Virus record (IMG/VR): IMGVR_UViG_3300025438_000011
DNA: 20,000 nucleotides
Source of the DNA: an uncultured virus (IMG/VR IMGVR_UViG_3300025438_000011)
Lineage: Duplodnaviria; Heunggongvirae; Uroviricota; Caudoviricetes
Strand: one strand, 5' to 3'
Shown: piece after piece, positions 1-8,591 of the stretch
Layout of the letters: each line of letters begins with the position of its first letter
Position numbering within the stretch: position 1 is the stretch's first letter
Position numbers and translations under genes: made by a program
The notes under the pieces: model-generated
The model's database searches: none
The model's input: the letters and a program-made list of their open reading frames with translations, nothing else
What the model was told of the DNA's origin: nothing

Positions 1-245
1 CCATTCGTGTCTATATTATATAGAGAGTTTACGGAGTTATTCAATCTTTCAATCTCACTTTTTAGAAAAGTAAATGATGGTAGTGAATATGTGCTTAAAA
101 CACCATTTGCATCGAAAACTCGAACATCAACTGATGGATCAGTTGTTGTGGATAGTGAATTTATCTTTGTCAATATTTCGACAATGTTCTTATTGAAGGA
201 TGCAACTTGTTCAGCAACAGTTGCAAATGAGCTTTGAATTGGCAT
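1..245 (-). CDS. Partial CDS (N-terminus only; runs off the window), hypothetical phage protein MPIQSSFATVAEQVASFNKNIVEILTKINSL...
   Basis: Open minus-strand frame from ATG at 245 to the window edge, not in the ORF track. Preceded by an ATAATATATA motif (269-278, minus). The 7..237 plus ORF is its shadow. Confidence 0.8.
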   Translation of the reverse strand, partial: MPIQSSFATVAEQVASFNKNIVEILTKINSLSTTTDPSVDVRVFDANGVLSTYSLPSFTFLKSEIERLNNSVNSLYNIDTN

Positions 246-327
246 AATCAGGCTAGTTCTATTTTTGTTATATATTATATTGTATCATTTTCTTAGCGTG
301 ATAGTTGAAACTTTAAATACTTTTTAG

Positions 328-335
328 TATATTTG
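328..335 (+). promoter_or_regulatory. Bacteroidota-type -7 promoter element TATATTTG upstream of ligA
   Basis: Matches the TAnnTTTG consensus, 4 nt before the ligase ATG. The same motif occurs at 8487-8494 (+), 14041-14048 (-) and 18767-18774 (-). Confidence 0.6.
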
Positions 336-339
336 TATC

Positions 340-2217
340 ATGAAAAACCCGACAATAGAGGAATTAGTATCAGAAACACGAGAATGGAATGAAGCTTATC
401 GTTCTGGATTAAATAAACTAGTTTCTGATAAGGTGTATGATGAGAGAATCGATTTAATTCGAGAAATTGATTCAGAACATCCTTTCCTAGAAGAGGTTGG
501 TGATAAAGTGAATGATGATTCAGCACGAAAGGCTAGACTTCCAATCATAATGGCTTCTATGGGTAAGTTGAAGAATATGGAAGATTTTGAGAGATGGTGT
601 CGTTTGAAGGATATATCAACTGATGAGGTAGCCGTTCTCACACCTAAATATGATGGGTGTTCATTGGCTGTTGAAGAAAAAGATGATTTGGCTTGGACGA
701 GAGGTGATGGTATTCATGGTCAGAGGTCAAACCTACATTATAAGGTTATGCCGAACAAACTAACCAACAACACATCATTCTCACATACATATGGTGAAGC
801 AATCGTTTTGAGAGATGTATTTGATGATAAATATTCAAATGACTTCGCCAACGCTAGAAATCTGGTTGGTGGTATGTTCAATGGAGATGAGATTCCGGAT
901 TCACGAAAAACTAAAATTCTTAAAGACATACAGTATATTAAGTATGGTGGTGTTCCGAATGATCCTAGTGCTTTCGAAACGAAAAGTCAAATTCTCGATG
1001 AATTGAACAGTGGTCAAGCAATCCCAGTTCCTTATAAACTTATCAGTCTAAGAGACTTGACACACGAAATTCTCGTGGGTCAATTTGAGAAGTGGTCAGA
1101 ACAATTTGAAATTGATGGTATCATAATCGAAATCAACAATCTTGATAGACAAGAAGAACTCGGTAGAGAGGGTTCGAGAAACAACCCAGTTTGGGCACGA
1201 GCGTATAAAGCACCAGAATTTGAGATGAGTGCTGAAACTCGTGTTATTGGACTTACATATGGTATCTCAAAACAGGGTTACCTAAAACCAGTTCTTCATA
1301 TTGATCCAGTTCAACTAGATGGTGTAACTGTTTCGAATGTAACTGGTAATAATGCTCGATTCATTAAAAATATGGGTCTTGGTATTGGTGCTAAAGTACG
1401 AATTGTCCGTAGTGGGATGGTTATACCAAAAATAGTAGATGTTTTTGAAAAAGTTGATTTCATTGAACCAATCATTGAGGGTGTTGATTTAGTCTGGAAC
1501 ACTACTGGTGTTGAGTTAATGACAGTAGGTAAAACAGATGCACAAATATTGAAAAGTGTTATTGCTTTTTTTGAGATATTGGAAGCAACATATCTTGGAC
1601 CGGGTATTATTACACAATTATATGATGCTGGATATGTAACAATAAAACAAATATTAGAAATTAATATCGATGATTTGGAAAAAATAGATGGGTTCGGTAA
1701 ACGTAAATCGTTAAAGGTTTATGATTCGGTTAAAAACTCCGTTTCTGGTGTTAAGTTATCAAAACTCCAACATGCATCAGGTTTATTTTTGGGATTGGGG
1801 TCTAGGAAATTATCGATGTTAGAACATTTCGTACAAAAACCGACAATAGATGAGGTCATGTCTATTGATGGATTTGCTGAAACGTCCAGTAAATCTTATG
1901 TGGAAAATTATGATATTTTCTTTGATTTTATCAAAGATTTACCGATTGTTATAAAAACCACTACGGTAGATGATGTGTATGTGAATGATTTGGATGGTGT
2001 TGTATTTGTTTTCACTGGTGTTCGTATGAAAAATGAGGAGAGTGTTTTGGAATCCAGGGGGGCCAAGATAGGTAGTTCTGTGAGTAAGAACACAACATAC
2101 TTAGTTTGTAAAGATATTGGTAGTACATCATCCAAAATAAAAAAGGCTAGATCTCTCGATGTTGTTATATTGGACGTGAGTGGTTTTTTAGATTTATTTT
2201 TTAAAGAAGTCATATAA
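340..2217 (+). CDS. ligA: NAD-dependent DNA ligase
   Basis: N-terminal AYRxG..VSDxVYD motif, adenylation motif KYDG, TRGDG, NARN, EIDGIII, OB-fold (GISKQGYLKP, VRSGMVIPKI), HhH motifs (IDGFG) and C-terminal BRCT (FVFTG...SSVSKNTTYLV). Confidence 0.97.
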   Translation: MKNPTIEELVSETREWNEAYRSGLNKLVSDKVYDERIDLIREIDSEHPFLEEVGDKVNDDSARKARLPIIMASMGKLKNMEDFERWCRLKDISTDEVAVLTPKYDGCSLAVEEKDDLAWTRGDGIHGQRSNLHYKVMPNKLTNNTSFSHTYGEAIVLRDVFDDKYSNDFANARNLVGGMFNGDEIPDSRKTKILKDIQYIKYGGVPNDPSAFETKSQILDELNSGQAIPVPYKLISLRDLTHEILVGQFEKWSEQFEIDGIIIEINNLDRQEELGREGSRNNPVWARAYKAPEFEMSAETRVIGLTYGISKQGYLKPVLHIDPVQLDGVTVSNVTGNNARFIKNMGLGIGAKVRIVRSGMVIPKIVDVFEKVDFIEPIIEGVDLVWNTTGVELMTVGKTDAQILKSVIAFFEILEATYLGPGIITQLYDAGYVTIKQILEINIDDLEKIDGFGKRKSLKVYDSVKNSVSGVKLSKLQHASGLFLGLGSRKLSMLEHFVQKPTIDEVMSIDGFAETSSKSYVENYDIFFDFIKDLPIVIKTTTVDDVYVNDLDGVVFVFTGVRMKNEESVLESRGAKIGSSVSKNTTYLVCKDIGSTSSKIKKARSLDVVILDVSGFLDLFFKEVI

Positions 2218-2942
2218 CCACCCATTTATTTTTGAGTAATTATATGCTGACCAATTATTTTTATGAAATTCTGATATGGTTTTATATTTGAGAGATTCCA
2301 CCTCACATAATTCTCTATCATTCCAGTATCCATTTTTAAATTTTCCACGAACCATATGTGAACAAACACAATCAATCCAATTATTCTTGAGAGCTGAATT
2401 GTAAGAACTTTTTGATAACCGTTGATATTCACTTATAGTTTTGTATTTTAACGATTCTTCTTTACAATTTTCTTTGTTCCATTTTGTGATATTTGATCCA
2501 AGATTACCCGTTTTTACTTTATTTAAAATTTCCCATCCACGTATCCTATAATCCATGAGAATACTTTCTTCCAATTTTATAGCATTATCAGTATTCAAAT
2601 ATTCGGATTTTATGATTAGTGTTGGTGTGGTTTTGGTCATAATTATATGTTTAAATACGGTGCTTTTCCTATCACGTATTAAATGTTGTGTCTTTCTTCG
2701 TTTAATGTTACAGGTTAATCCAACATAACAACTATTGTCCGAGAATTCAAATACATATATAAGTCGTTTACATCTATTTCCTTGTACTACCATATGTTGT
2801 AGTAACTCATACCATTTATTTTTAAATATGATATTATATGCGCTGGATCTTTTTTTTGAAATTTATTTCTTTTATCATATTTCAAAGCTTCTTCTTTGCA
2901 TCTCTGATATGTCCAATATCCATTCGGTTTTCTCTTCATCAT
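2194..2942 (-). CDS. GIY-YIG (homing-type) endonuclease with helical repeats; frameshifted at an A8 run (2850-2857)
   Basis: LIYVFEF..CYVGLT.NIKRRKTQH..E..LN GIY-YIG core plus two W.KE.C..E.LKY...EF...SAYN....W repeats. A third repeat (MKRKPNGYWTYQRCKEEALKY...) starts at ATG 2942/2939 and joins the 2194..2793 frame only after a -1 shift. Confidence 0.8.
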
Positions 2943-3103
2943 TAAATTATTATTTTATTCATATCGATTCCGGACTTCACTAGGTCTTGGTGTATAAGCC
3001 ACTCAATATACTTTGATCGGTTATTTATTTCTTCTGATATATATGTGTTTAATTTTTTATCAATGGTGATTGATAAATTTATTTTTTCTCTTTGTTTTTT
3101 CAT
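2942..3103 (-). CDS. Ribbon-helix-helix (CopG/MetJ-like) DNA-binding protein, 53 aa
   Basis: My translation is MKKQREKINLSITIDKKLNTYISEEINNRSKYIEWLIHQDLVKSGIDMNKIII, with an RHH pattern (S-I-T-I-D strand, NRS.yIE helix). Its stop overlaps the endonuclease start (TAATG). TTAATATATA lies upstream at 3123-3132. Below the ORF-track size cutoff. Confidence 0.85.
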   Translation of the reverse strand: MKKQREKINLSITIDKKLNTYISEEINNRSKYIEWLIHQDLVKSGIDMNKIII

Positions 3104-3319
3104 AACTTTTGATTATCTTTGTTATATATTAAGTTACCAAACTATAAAGTAGTATTTTTATACTATATTGGTATTATTTTTAAAACATTTAATTGGATGA
3201 GTAGTGAAATGAAGAATACAAAGGATAAAGTTTCCATAACCATAGACGAGAAAATAGTGAAGAAAATGGATAAATACCTCAGTGATGAGGAAATAAATAA
3301 CCGATCAAAGTATATTGAG
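3002..3319. repeat. 30-bp perfect inverted repeat (3002-3031 / 3290-3319) shared by the two RHH genes
   Basis: GAAATAAATAACCGATCAAAGTATATTGAG is present in both genes (encoding EINNRSKYIE). Confidence 0.9.
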
Positions 3320-3376
3320 AATCTTATTCGTGAGGATATGGGTAAAAGAGGTAAGGATATTACTAGGAAGTTTTAA
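3209..3376 (+). CDS. Ribbon-helix-helix DNA-binding protein (paralog, divergently transcribed)
   Basis: MKNTKDKVSITIDEKIVKKMDKYLSDEEINNRSKYIENLIREDM; start is likely 3209 (or 3197) rather than 3119. Confidence 0.85.
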   Translation: MKNTKDKVSITIDEKIVKKMDKYLSDEEINNRSKYIENLIREDMGKRGKDITRKF

Positions 3377-3470
3377 TCTACACTTCTTGTGGAAAAGTAA
3401 AAGCTTTGAATGTCGAAAATCAATACGTATATTTACATAAACTAAATTATTAACCAAAAATCAAATAAAA

Positions 3471-3731
3471 ATGAAGAAACTAATTTTAATGTTATTCGTG
3501 TCGGCTTTGACATTAGCATCTTGTGAAAAAGATGAAGAATTAATTACACCACAAAACACGTCCAACTGCACTTGTGGGACTATTGTAAATGACGAAATTA
3601 CTAATTGTTACACACTTAGTATACGGAATGAGTGTAGTGGTGTTGTAAAAAGGTTCTGTTTCGACCAACAAGTATGGTTTAATAACTATGTCGGTGATTA
3701 TGTTTGTGTTTCAAACGTTCAACCTTGGTAA
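3471..3731 (+). CDS. Small Cys-rich lipoprotein
   Basis: MKK, hydrophobic stretch, lipobox LASC, then acidic residues (EKDEE), as in Bacteroidota lipoproteins. Six further Cys. Confidence 0.8.
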   Translation: MKKLILMLFVSALTLASCEKDEELITPQNTSNCTCGTIVNDEITNCYTLSIRNECSGVVKRFCFDQQVWFNNYVGDYVCVSNVQPW

Positions 3732-3732
3732 T

Positions 3733-4395
3733 ATGAAAAACTTATTTTTAACAATAATCCTATCTCTGTCAATTCCATTTATCGGATTAACACAAACAAG
3801 TAGATCCGATGTGATTTATATTACTGATTCGACCATGAATAAAGACGAACTTTATGCTAATGGATTATCGTTCTTTGCCATTCACTTTAAATCTGCAAAC
3901 AACGTAATACAAATGGCTGACCCAATTTCTGGTCGTGTTATTGGAAAAGGTATTGTAGATGATAGAGATGTTACAATCTCAATATTCTGTAAAGATGGTC
4001 GTTATAAATACGATATTTCAATCGTTTCTAAGATAAATGAAATGACATTACCGATAAATTCATTAGGTCCTGGAGTAGTTGCTCAGTTACACTTAGGGGT
4101 GACTAAAGTTCCGATTTTATTTGATGGTGCTAGTTATATACCAAATAAGAATAGAACATATTTTACATATGATACTGGACAATGGAGTGAGTACAGATAT
4201 TATTATGATAGTGGTGTCGGACACAATCCATTAGTAATGACAAAAGGTATGTGGAATAAATGGAAAGGTCTAGTGGATACTGAGCTATCCAAGCAAAAGT
4301 ATAAAGAGCTTGGAAACATACCTGATGTTGAATTTCAAAGATTAATTACTTTGCTGACCAGCCATATGTATAAAAATGATAATTCTGATTGGTAA
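3733..4395 (+). CDS. Secreted protein, DUF4468-like (TBP-like fold)
   Basis: Signal peptide MKNLFLTIIL...; MNKDELY...F...FKSANNVIQMAD...G.VIGKG...I.CKDGRYKY pattern. Start 3733 preferred over 3688. Confidence 0.7.
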   Translation: MKNLFLTIILSLSIPFIGLTQTSRSDVIYITDSTMNKDELYANGLSFFAIHFKSANNVIQMADPISGRVIGKGIVDDRDVTISIFCKDGRYKYDISIVSKINEMTLPINSLGPGVVAQLHLGVTKVPILFDGASYIPNKNRTYFTYDTGQWSEYRYYYDSGVGHNPLVMTKGMWNKWKGLVDTELSKQKYKELGNIPDVEFQRLITLLTSHMYKNDNSDW

Positions 4396-4499
4396 TGAAA
4401 ATTTTACGTTCATCCAAATGTTCTTTTAAAGAGGTTAAGGCAATAAAAAACGGATGTGATATCCTTGTAGTAGATGAACTTGAAACTCTATTGAGATGA
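4395..4499 (+). pseudogene. 34-codon ORF resembling an orphan BRCT/ligase C-terminal tail
   Basis: MKILRSSKCSFKEVKAIKNGCDILVVDELETLLR; K..KA...G..Il..dEl..LL is the typical LigA BRCT terminal helix. Overlaps both neighbours (TAATG, ATGA). Confidence 0.5.
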
Positions 4500-4867
4500 T
4501 TTGGTTGGGTATAATAATTGGATTGATAATTGGAGTACCCTCTTCTATATTACTGTATAAACAGTATCTGTTGAAGGAATCTAATAAAATTAGACGTAGA
4601 GGTATAATTAGTACGAAGTTTAAATCGGGAGATGGTTTAATATCCGAAATAACATATCAAATTGGTGAGTTAGAAAAATCTAGTGATATGAGTAAGATAT
4701 TCGTTGACAAAGTTACTTCTAATCAAAATAAGACCAATAATATAATTTCTCTGAAGATGTTTTATAATTTGAAACATCTAACTTGGGTAGAATCATCTAA
4801 TATAAAATGGTTAGATGATGAGGTTAAAGTAAATAGAAATGAAGTTTTATGTGAAATATTAAATTGA
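4496..4867 (+). CDS. Hypothetical membrane-anchored protein (paralog of the next gene)
   Basis: N-terminal TM helix; shares RRG/RKG, TY(Q/E)(I/V)GE, MSK, W..S....W..(D/E)VKV.RNE.L..ILN with 4872..5252. Confidence 0.8.
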   Translation: MIWLGIIIGLIIGVPSSILLYKQYLLKESNKIRRRGIISTKFKSGDGLISEITYQIGELEKSSDMSKIFVDKVTSNQNKTNNIISLKMFYNLKHLTWVESSNIKWLDDEVKVNRNEVLCEILN

Positions 4868-4871
4868 AAAT

Positions 4872-5252
4872 ATGGAAATTATTATAGTTGTGATGATTGG
4901 ATTTATAATTGGAGTTATTGTGGCGGTGACTTTTATCAGTAAAAATAATAAGATTAAAAAACCGGACCAAAAGATATATAGGAAAGGAATTCATATTTGT
5001 GAATTAACTAATGATGATGATGGTGATATTACGGCCACCTATGAAGTTGGTGAGATATCTGTATCTACAACCATGAGTAAGGTTGTTGTTTTACAGGTAT
5101 CTTCAGGTAATACCTTGTGGAACAATAAAGATGGTGTGGAAAAAATGAAGAGTCTAGTACATAATAATTGGATACGTAGTGAAAGAGTTGAGTGGATTGA
5201 GGAAGATGTTAAAGTTGTCAGGAATGAGAAACTAAGTGATATATTGAACTAA
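4872..5252 (+). CDS. Hypothetical membrane-anchored protein (tandem paralog)
   Basis: N-terminal TM helix, aligned motifs with the upstream gene, C-terminal RNEKLSDILN. Confidence 0.8.
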   Translation: MEIIIVVMIGFIIGVIVAVTFISKNNKIKKPDQKIYRKGIHICELTNDDDGDITATYEVGEISVSTTMSKVVVLQVSSGNTLWNNKDGVEKMKSLVHNNWIRSERVEWIEEDVKVVRNEKLSDILN

Positions 5253-5257
5253 TAATG

Positions 5258-5281
5258 TCTTATCTATTCGATAGGTTTTTA
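5258..5281 (+). terminator. Possible intrinsic terminator
   Basis: CTTATC-TATTC-GATAGG hairpin followed by TTTTT. Confidence 0.4.
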
Positions 5282-5304
5282 TGTTTATTCAAGTATATAG
5301 GTAA

Positions 5305-5646
5305 ATGAAATTAGATATAATTGAACATTACGAAGAAGAAGATGGTGGAGGATCCATATATTTAATGGATACCAAGGGTATAACAGTGTGTAGGATGTAT
5401 TGGTTTAATGATTACCCAAGTCCAGTACTAGAAAGACTACATATATCGAAAGAACATAGGAATAAAGGTCTAGGTACCTATTTACAGGAGTATCGAGAGA
5501 ATAAAGCACGTGAAATGGGTTATGAGACTGTTTCTCTGTGGGTTCTTAAAGATACGTGGATGATAGAATGGTATGAGAGAAGAGGATACTCGTATTTTGG
5601 TAAATACGAGAAAGAGAATGCTATTTGGATGAGGAAAAAATTATAA
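5305..5646 (+). CDS. GNAT-family N-acetyltransferase
   Basis: LHISKEHRNKGLGT acetyl-CoA motif A; V.LWV......WYERRGY; MRKKL end. Confidence 0.9.
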   Translation: MKLDIIEHYEEEDGGGSIYLMDTKGITVCRMYWFNDYPSPVLERLHISKEHRNKGLGTYLQEYRENKAREMGYETVSLWVLKDTWMIEWYERRGYSYFGKYEKENAIWMRKKL

Positions 5647-5675
5647 TAGTTATTATATAACAATATATAGACAGT

Positions 5676-5987
5676 ATGATTGAGAAAATATATAATTTAG
5701 TATTTGGTATACACTACTTTAACCCGTATGGGTTTGAGTTACGAGATATGGATAATAAATTGTGTAGTGATGTGTGTGATAAAAAAATTACTGTATTGAG
5801 AGTTTATTCAACAGAAGATAATTTGTGGTACGTTCAATTGATGGTTTGTGATTATGGTAAGTTTGAAAAATATAAATATCAGGATAATTTAGTTTTGAGT
5901 AATAAACCAAATATATTTACTTTTTTATTTAAGTCTAATGTCTTGGTTACCAGGTGGTTAGAAGATTTACCTAAATTAATCATTTAA
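5676..5987 (+). CDS. Hypothetical protein
   Basis: 103-aa ORF after a CAATATATAG motif; no recognisable motif. Confidence 0.65.
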   Translation: MIEKIYNLVFGIHYFNPYGFELRDMDNKLCSDVCDKKITVLRVYSTEDNLWYVQLMVCDYGKFEKYKYQDNLVLSNKPNIFTFLFKSNVLVTRWLEDLPKLII

Positions 5988-6077
5988 ATTATAAACTTTG
6001 TATCATAAACATCGTATAATATGTAATATGTCGTATATAGACATAATTGATTATATATATAAATAAATTAACGGCAA

Positions 6078-6887
6078 ATGAAGCAAATAGAAGGCATGAA
6101 GAATTTCTCGGTACAGGGAAAATTCTTTAAAGAACAAACTGGTAAGGATTTTGAATTTTTCTACGATAAATACTTTGATAAACTAATATACTTTGTAAAT
6201 AAAATGGTCGATGATAGTAAGATGGCAGAAGATCTGGCAACTGAATCATTCCTTATAGCATTACATAAGATTGAGAAATATGAAAAAGAGAAATCTCAAT
6301 TCTCAACATGGTTATTTACAGTAGCCAGAAATCACACATTACAAGAACTTAAGAAAAGTAAAAAAACTATATCGATGGATGTTTATGTTGATGAAGATGG
6401 TACGACTATGAAGGATTTCATACAATATGATGAATCCGAAGATATTCTCATGGATAGTGTCTGGAATAAGAAAGCACAGATTATGAGTGATCATATCTAT
6501 GCTCTTAAAGAACCGTTCAAAACTGTCATTGAAATGAGAGAAGTAAAGAAAATGGTTTATAAAGATATTGCCGCTCAACTTGGTAATGATGTTACATTTT
6601 CAATACAATCAATTGGTGAATCAGTTAAACTGCCTTATGAATTATCTGAGGCTAGTTCAGTTACTAATATCATAGGTGATGAGATTGAATTTAGTCTTAT
6701 TGAAGGAGATGCTAAGAAAACGCCTTTTTATACACATATCAAAGTTAAATCTGTTGGTGAGTTCAGAGTTATTGGTAGAAGTCCTAAACCACTGAGTACT
6801 ATAAAAAGTCAGATTCGTAATGGTCGTTTGAAGTTAATCAACGAAACCAAGAAAGAATTCAAGGAAATCGAAAATATGTTCATGTAA
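6078..6887 (+). CDS. ECF-like RNA polymerase sigma-70 factor with an insertion in region 4
   Basis: Region 2 AEDLATESF..A...I..Y...KSQFSTWLFTVARN; region 4 L.EPFKTVIEMR.....YKDIA..LG [insert] PLSTIKSQIRNGR..L. Confidence 0.9.
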   Translation: MKQIEGMKNFSVQGKFFKEQTGKDFEFFYDKYFDKLIYFVNKMVDDSKMAEDLATESFLIALHKIEKYEKEKSQFSTWLFTVARNHTLQELKKSKKTISMDVYVDEDGTTMKDFIQYDESEDILMDSVWNKKAQIMSDHIYALKEPFKTVIEMREVKKMVYKDIAAQLGNDVTFSIQSIGESVKLPYELSEASSVTNIIGDEIEFSLIEGDAKKTPFYTHIKVKSVGEFRVIGRSPKPLSTIKSQIRNGRLKLINETKKEFKEIENMFM

Positions 6888-6902
6888 TTGATATATTTAA
6901 CC

Positions 6903-6960
6903 ATATGAACTACACACACTTCGTGATGGGTGTGTTTTACGAAACGTCATATAAATTTAA
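6903..6960 (+). repeat. Hairpin repeat element, copy 1 (IS200/IS605-end-like)
   Basis: ATATGAACTACACA-hairpin-TGTGTTTTACG...CGTCATATAAATTTAA; homologous to 7986-8044 and 19890-19934. Confidence 0.8.
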
Positions 6961-6984
6961 ACATGAAAATAAACACAAAGACTA

Positions 6985-7536
6985 GTGGATGAGCTTCTAA
7001 ACTATCTAAATCGAGATGGTCTTTTATTATCCAATACAGTAAATGTATATCCGATTGTTGAGTTGATTAAGGAATATTATCCCAATCACTTAATTTATCG
7101 AGATATTTCATTTACTGCGTTATTTGAAGAACTTAATAAGAGAGTTCCTAGAGCTGGTAAATTGAATGAATTATTGAACGGTAATAAACTCACAATCATA
7201 ATTGATTTATCGGGTATGCATGAGGAGCCTGGTGGGATATTATCAACTAATGAAAATTATAAAGTACTGTGTAGTGTATTAACCACTTTGATGCCTGTTG
7301 AGAATTTACATATATTGGTTATTAACACAACATACTCAGTGAATGTTGAGGGTGGTACATCAAATAAGTCGAGAGGTGGTGGTAATTTAATACACATATT
7401 CCCAATGGTACTTGGTTTCTATGATACCATCAGTGTTATTAAGGATAGAGAGTATGATAATTTTGTTGATGATAAAGAAATATGTGATAGTGTGAAGTTG
7501 TTGAGAGGCTTTAAATTGAAAGAAATATTGAGATGA
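6985..7536 (+). CDS. Hypothetical protein (possibly degenerate RecA/DnaB-like fold)
   Basis: 183-aa ORF coupled to smpB by ATGA. IIID / ILVIN.TY / GG motifs resemble the RecA-fold C-terminal half but there is no Walker A. Ends RGFKLKEILR. Confidence 0.6.
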   Translation: MDELLNYLNRDGLLLSNTVNVYPIVELIKEYYPNHLIYRDISFTALFEELNKRVPRAGKLNELLNGNKLTIIIDLSGMHEEPGGILSTNENYKVLCSVLTTLMPVENLHILVINTTYSVNVEGGTSNKSRGGGNLIHIFPMVLGFYDTISVIKDREYDNFVDDKEICDSVKLLRGFKLKEILR

Positions 7537-7967
7537 GAATAGTTAATAAAAGAGCAAGATTTGATTATGACATAAAGGAGGAATTCATTTGTGGTATAAA
7601 ACTTGTAGGTTCTGAAGTGAAATCTATCCGGGATAAGAATATCTCTTTCTCGGATTCATATGTTATTGTAGATGATGGTCAAGTGTATTTAACTGGTGTT
7701 TTCATCGGTAGGTATGAACCATCATCATTCCTAAATCACGAAGAGAAGAGAAATAGAGTACTATTACTCAATAAACGTGAAATTACAAAGTTGGAAAAGT
7801 CTGTTGCTTCGAAAGGCACTACAATTATACCTATTGAGATTTTCACGAAAGGTAGTCTAATTAAAGTCAAAATTGGTCTGGGTAAGGGTAAGAGGGAGTA
7901 TGATAAACGTAATTCAATCAAAGAAAAAGATATTAGTAGAGAAATAAGTCGTAATTTGAAGGTCTAA
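7533..7967 (+). CDS. smpB: SsrA-binding protein SmpB
   Basis: NKRARFDY, GIKLVGSEVKSIR, NHE..R.R.LLL.KREI.KL, G.TIIP, GKGKREYDKR..IKEKD. Confidence 0.97.
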   Translation: MRIVNKRARFDYDIKEEFICGIKLVGSEVKSIRDKNISFSDSYVIVDDGQVYLTGVFIGRYEPSSFLNHEEKRNRVLLLNKREITKLEKSVASKGTTIIPIEIFTKGSLIKVKIGLGKGKREYDKRNSIKEKDISREISRNLKV

Positions 7968-7985
7968 ACTGGATTCTATATACAT

Positions 7986-8044
7986 ATATGAACTACACAT
8001 CAGCTAAAGACTTGTGTGTTTTACGTTCCGTCATATAAATTTAA
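7986..8044 (+). repeat. Hairpin repeat element, copy 2
   Basis: ATATGAACTACACATCAGCTAAAGACTTGTGTGTTTTACGTTCCGTCATATAAATTTAA; 38 bp (8002-8039) identical to the reverse complement of 19890-19927. Confidence 0.9.
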
Positions 8045-8057
8045 TACTTAATAACCA

Positions 8058-8423
8058 ATGATGGAAGAAATAAATTTAGAGGGTGAAAAAATAAGTATTC
8101 ATATTGAACATGGTGGTGGTTCATCCAACAACACGATTGGTTTAACAATAAATGATATTGTTAGAAATTCACCATTACATAAGGATATAACGACTATATA
8201 CAAGAAATACAAAGAAGGTAATGTGGGTGATATATCAATAGTATGTGATAATGTACTCATATATGGTCGTGGTGTATTTACTAAGAATGTGTGGAGAGGT
8301 GGTTACCAGTCGAAAACATTAGGACAACTCAAGGTTAGTTTTGTTGTTATGGAGTATCGATTATCTAAGGGTAAATCGATACTTCGAAATTCAAAATTAT
8401 CCGATATACTCAGTGAATCCTAA
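8058..8423 (+). CDS. Hypothetical protein
   Basis: 121-aa ORF ending RNSKLSDILSES. Confidence 0.7.
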   Translation: MMEEINLEGEKISIHIEHGGGSSNNTIGLTINDIVRNSPLHKDITTIYKKYKEGNVGDISIVCDNVLIYGRGVFTKNVWRGGYQSKTLGQLKVSFVVMEYRLSKGKSILRNSKLSDILSES

Positions 8424-8486
8424 ACTCAGAAAAGTACAAAGGAATAAAAAATTAAAATTATTCTTGGTGATTGAAAACTTTTTACG

Positions 8487-8494
8487 TATATTTG
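8487..8494 (+). promoter_or_regulatory. Bacteroidota-type -7 element TATATTTG pointing into a non-coding region
   Basis: CGTATATTTGTA; no ORF follows. Confidence 0.55.
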
Positions 8495-8591
8495 TATAAG
8501 AAGTAAAGAATTATGTGAGGACATCTTCTCTTCGGAGATAGACAGATTAACAAATCAGAGTAAAAATATATTTTTAATTTGCTAAAGAAAA

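Noticed and set aside
4402..4411. TTTTACGTTC match to the hairpin repeat element at the cassette junction
   Set aside because: Only 10 bp and no hairpin; cannot be distinguished from chance.
6585..6785. Intein in the sigma factor
   Set aside because: No C/S start or HN-C/S/T end motifs, and too short.
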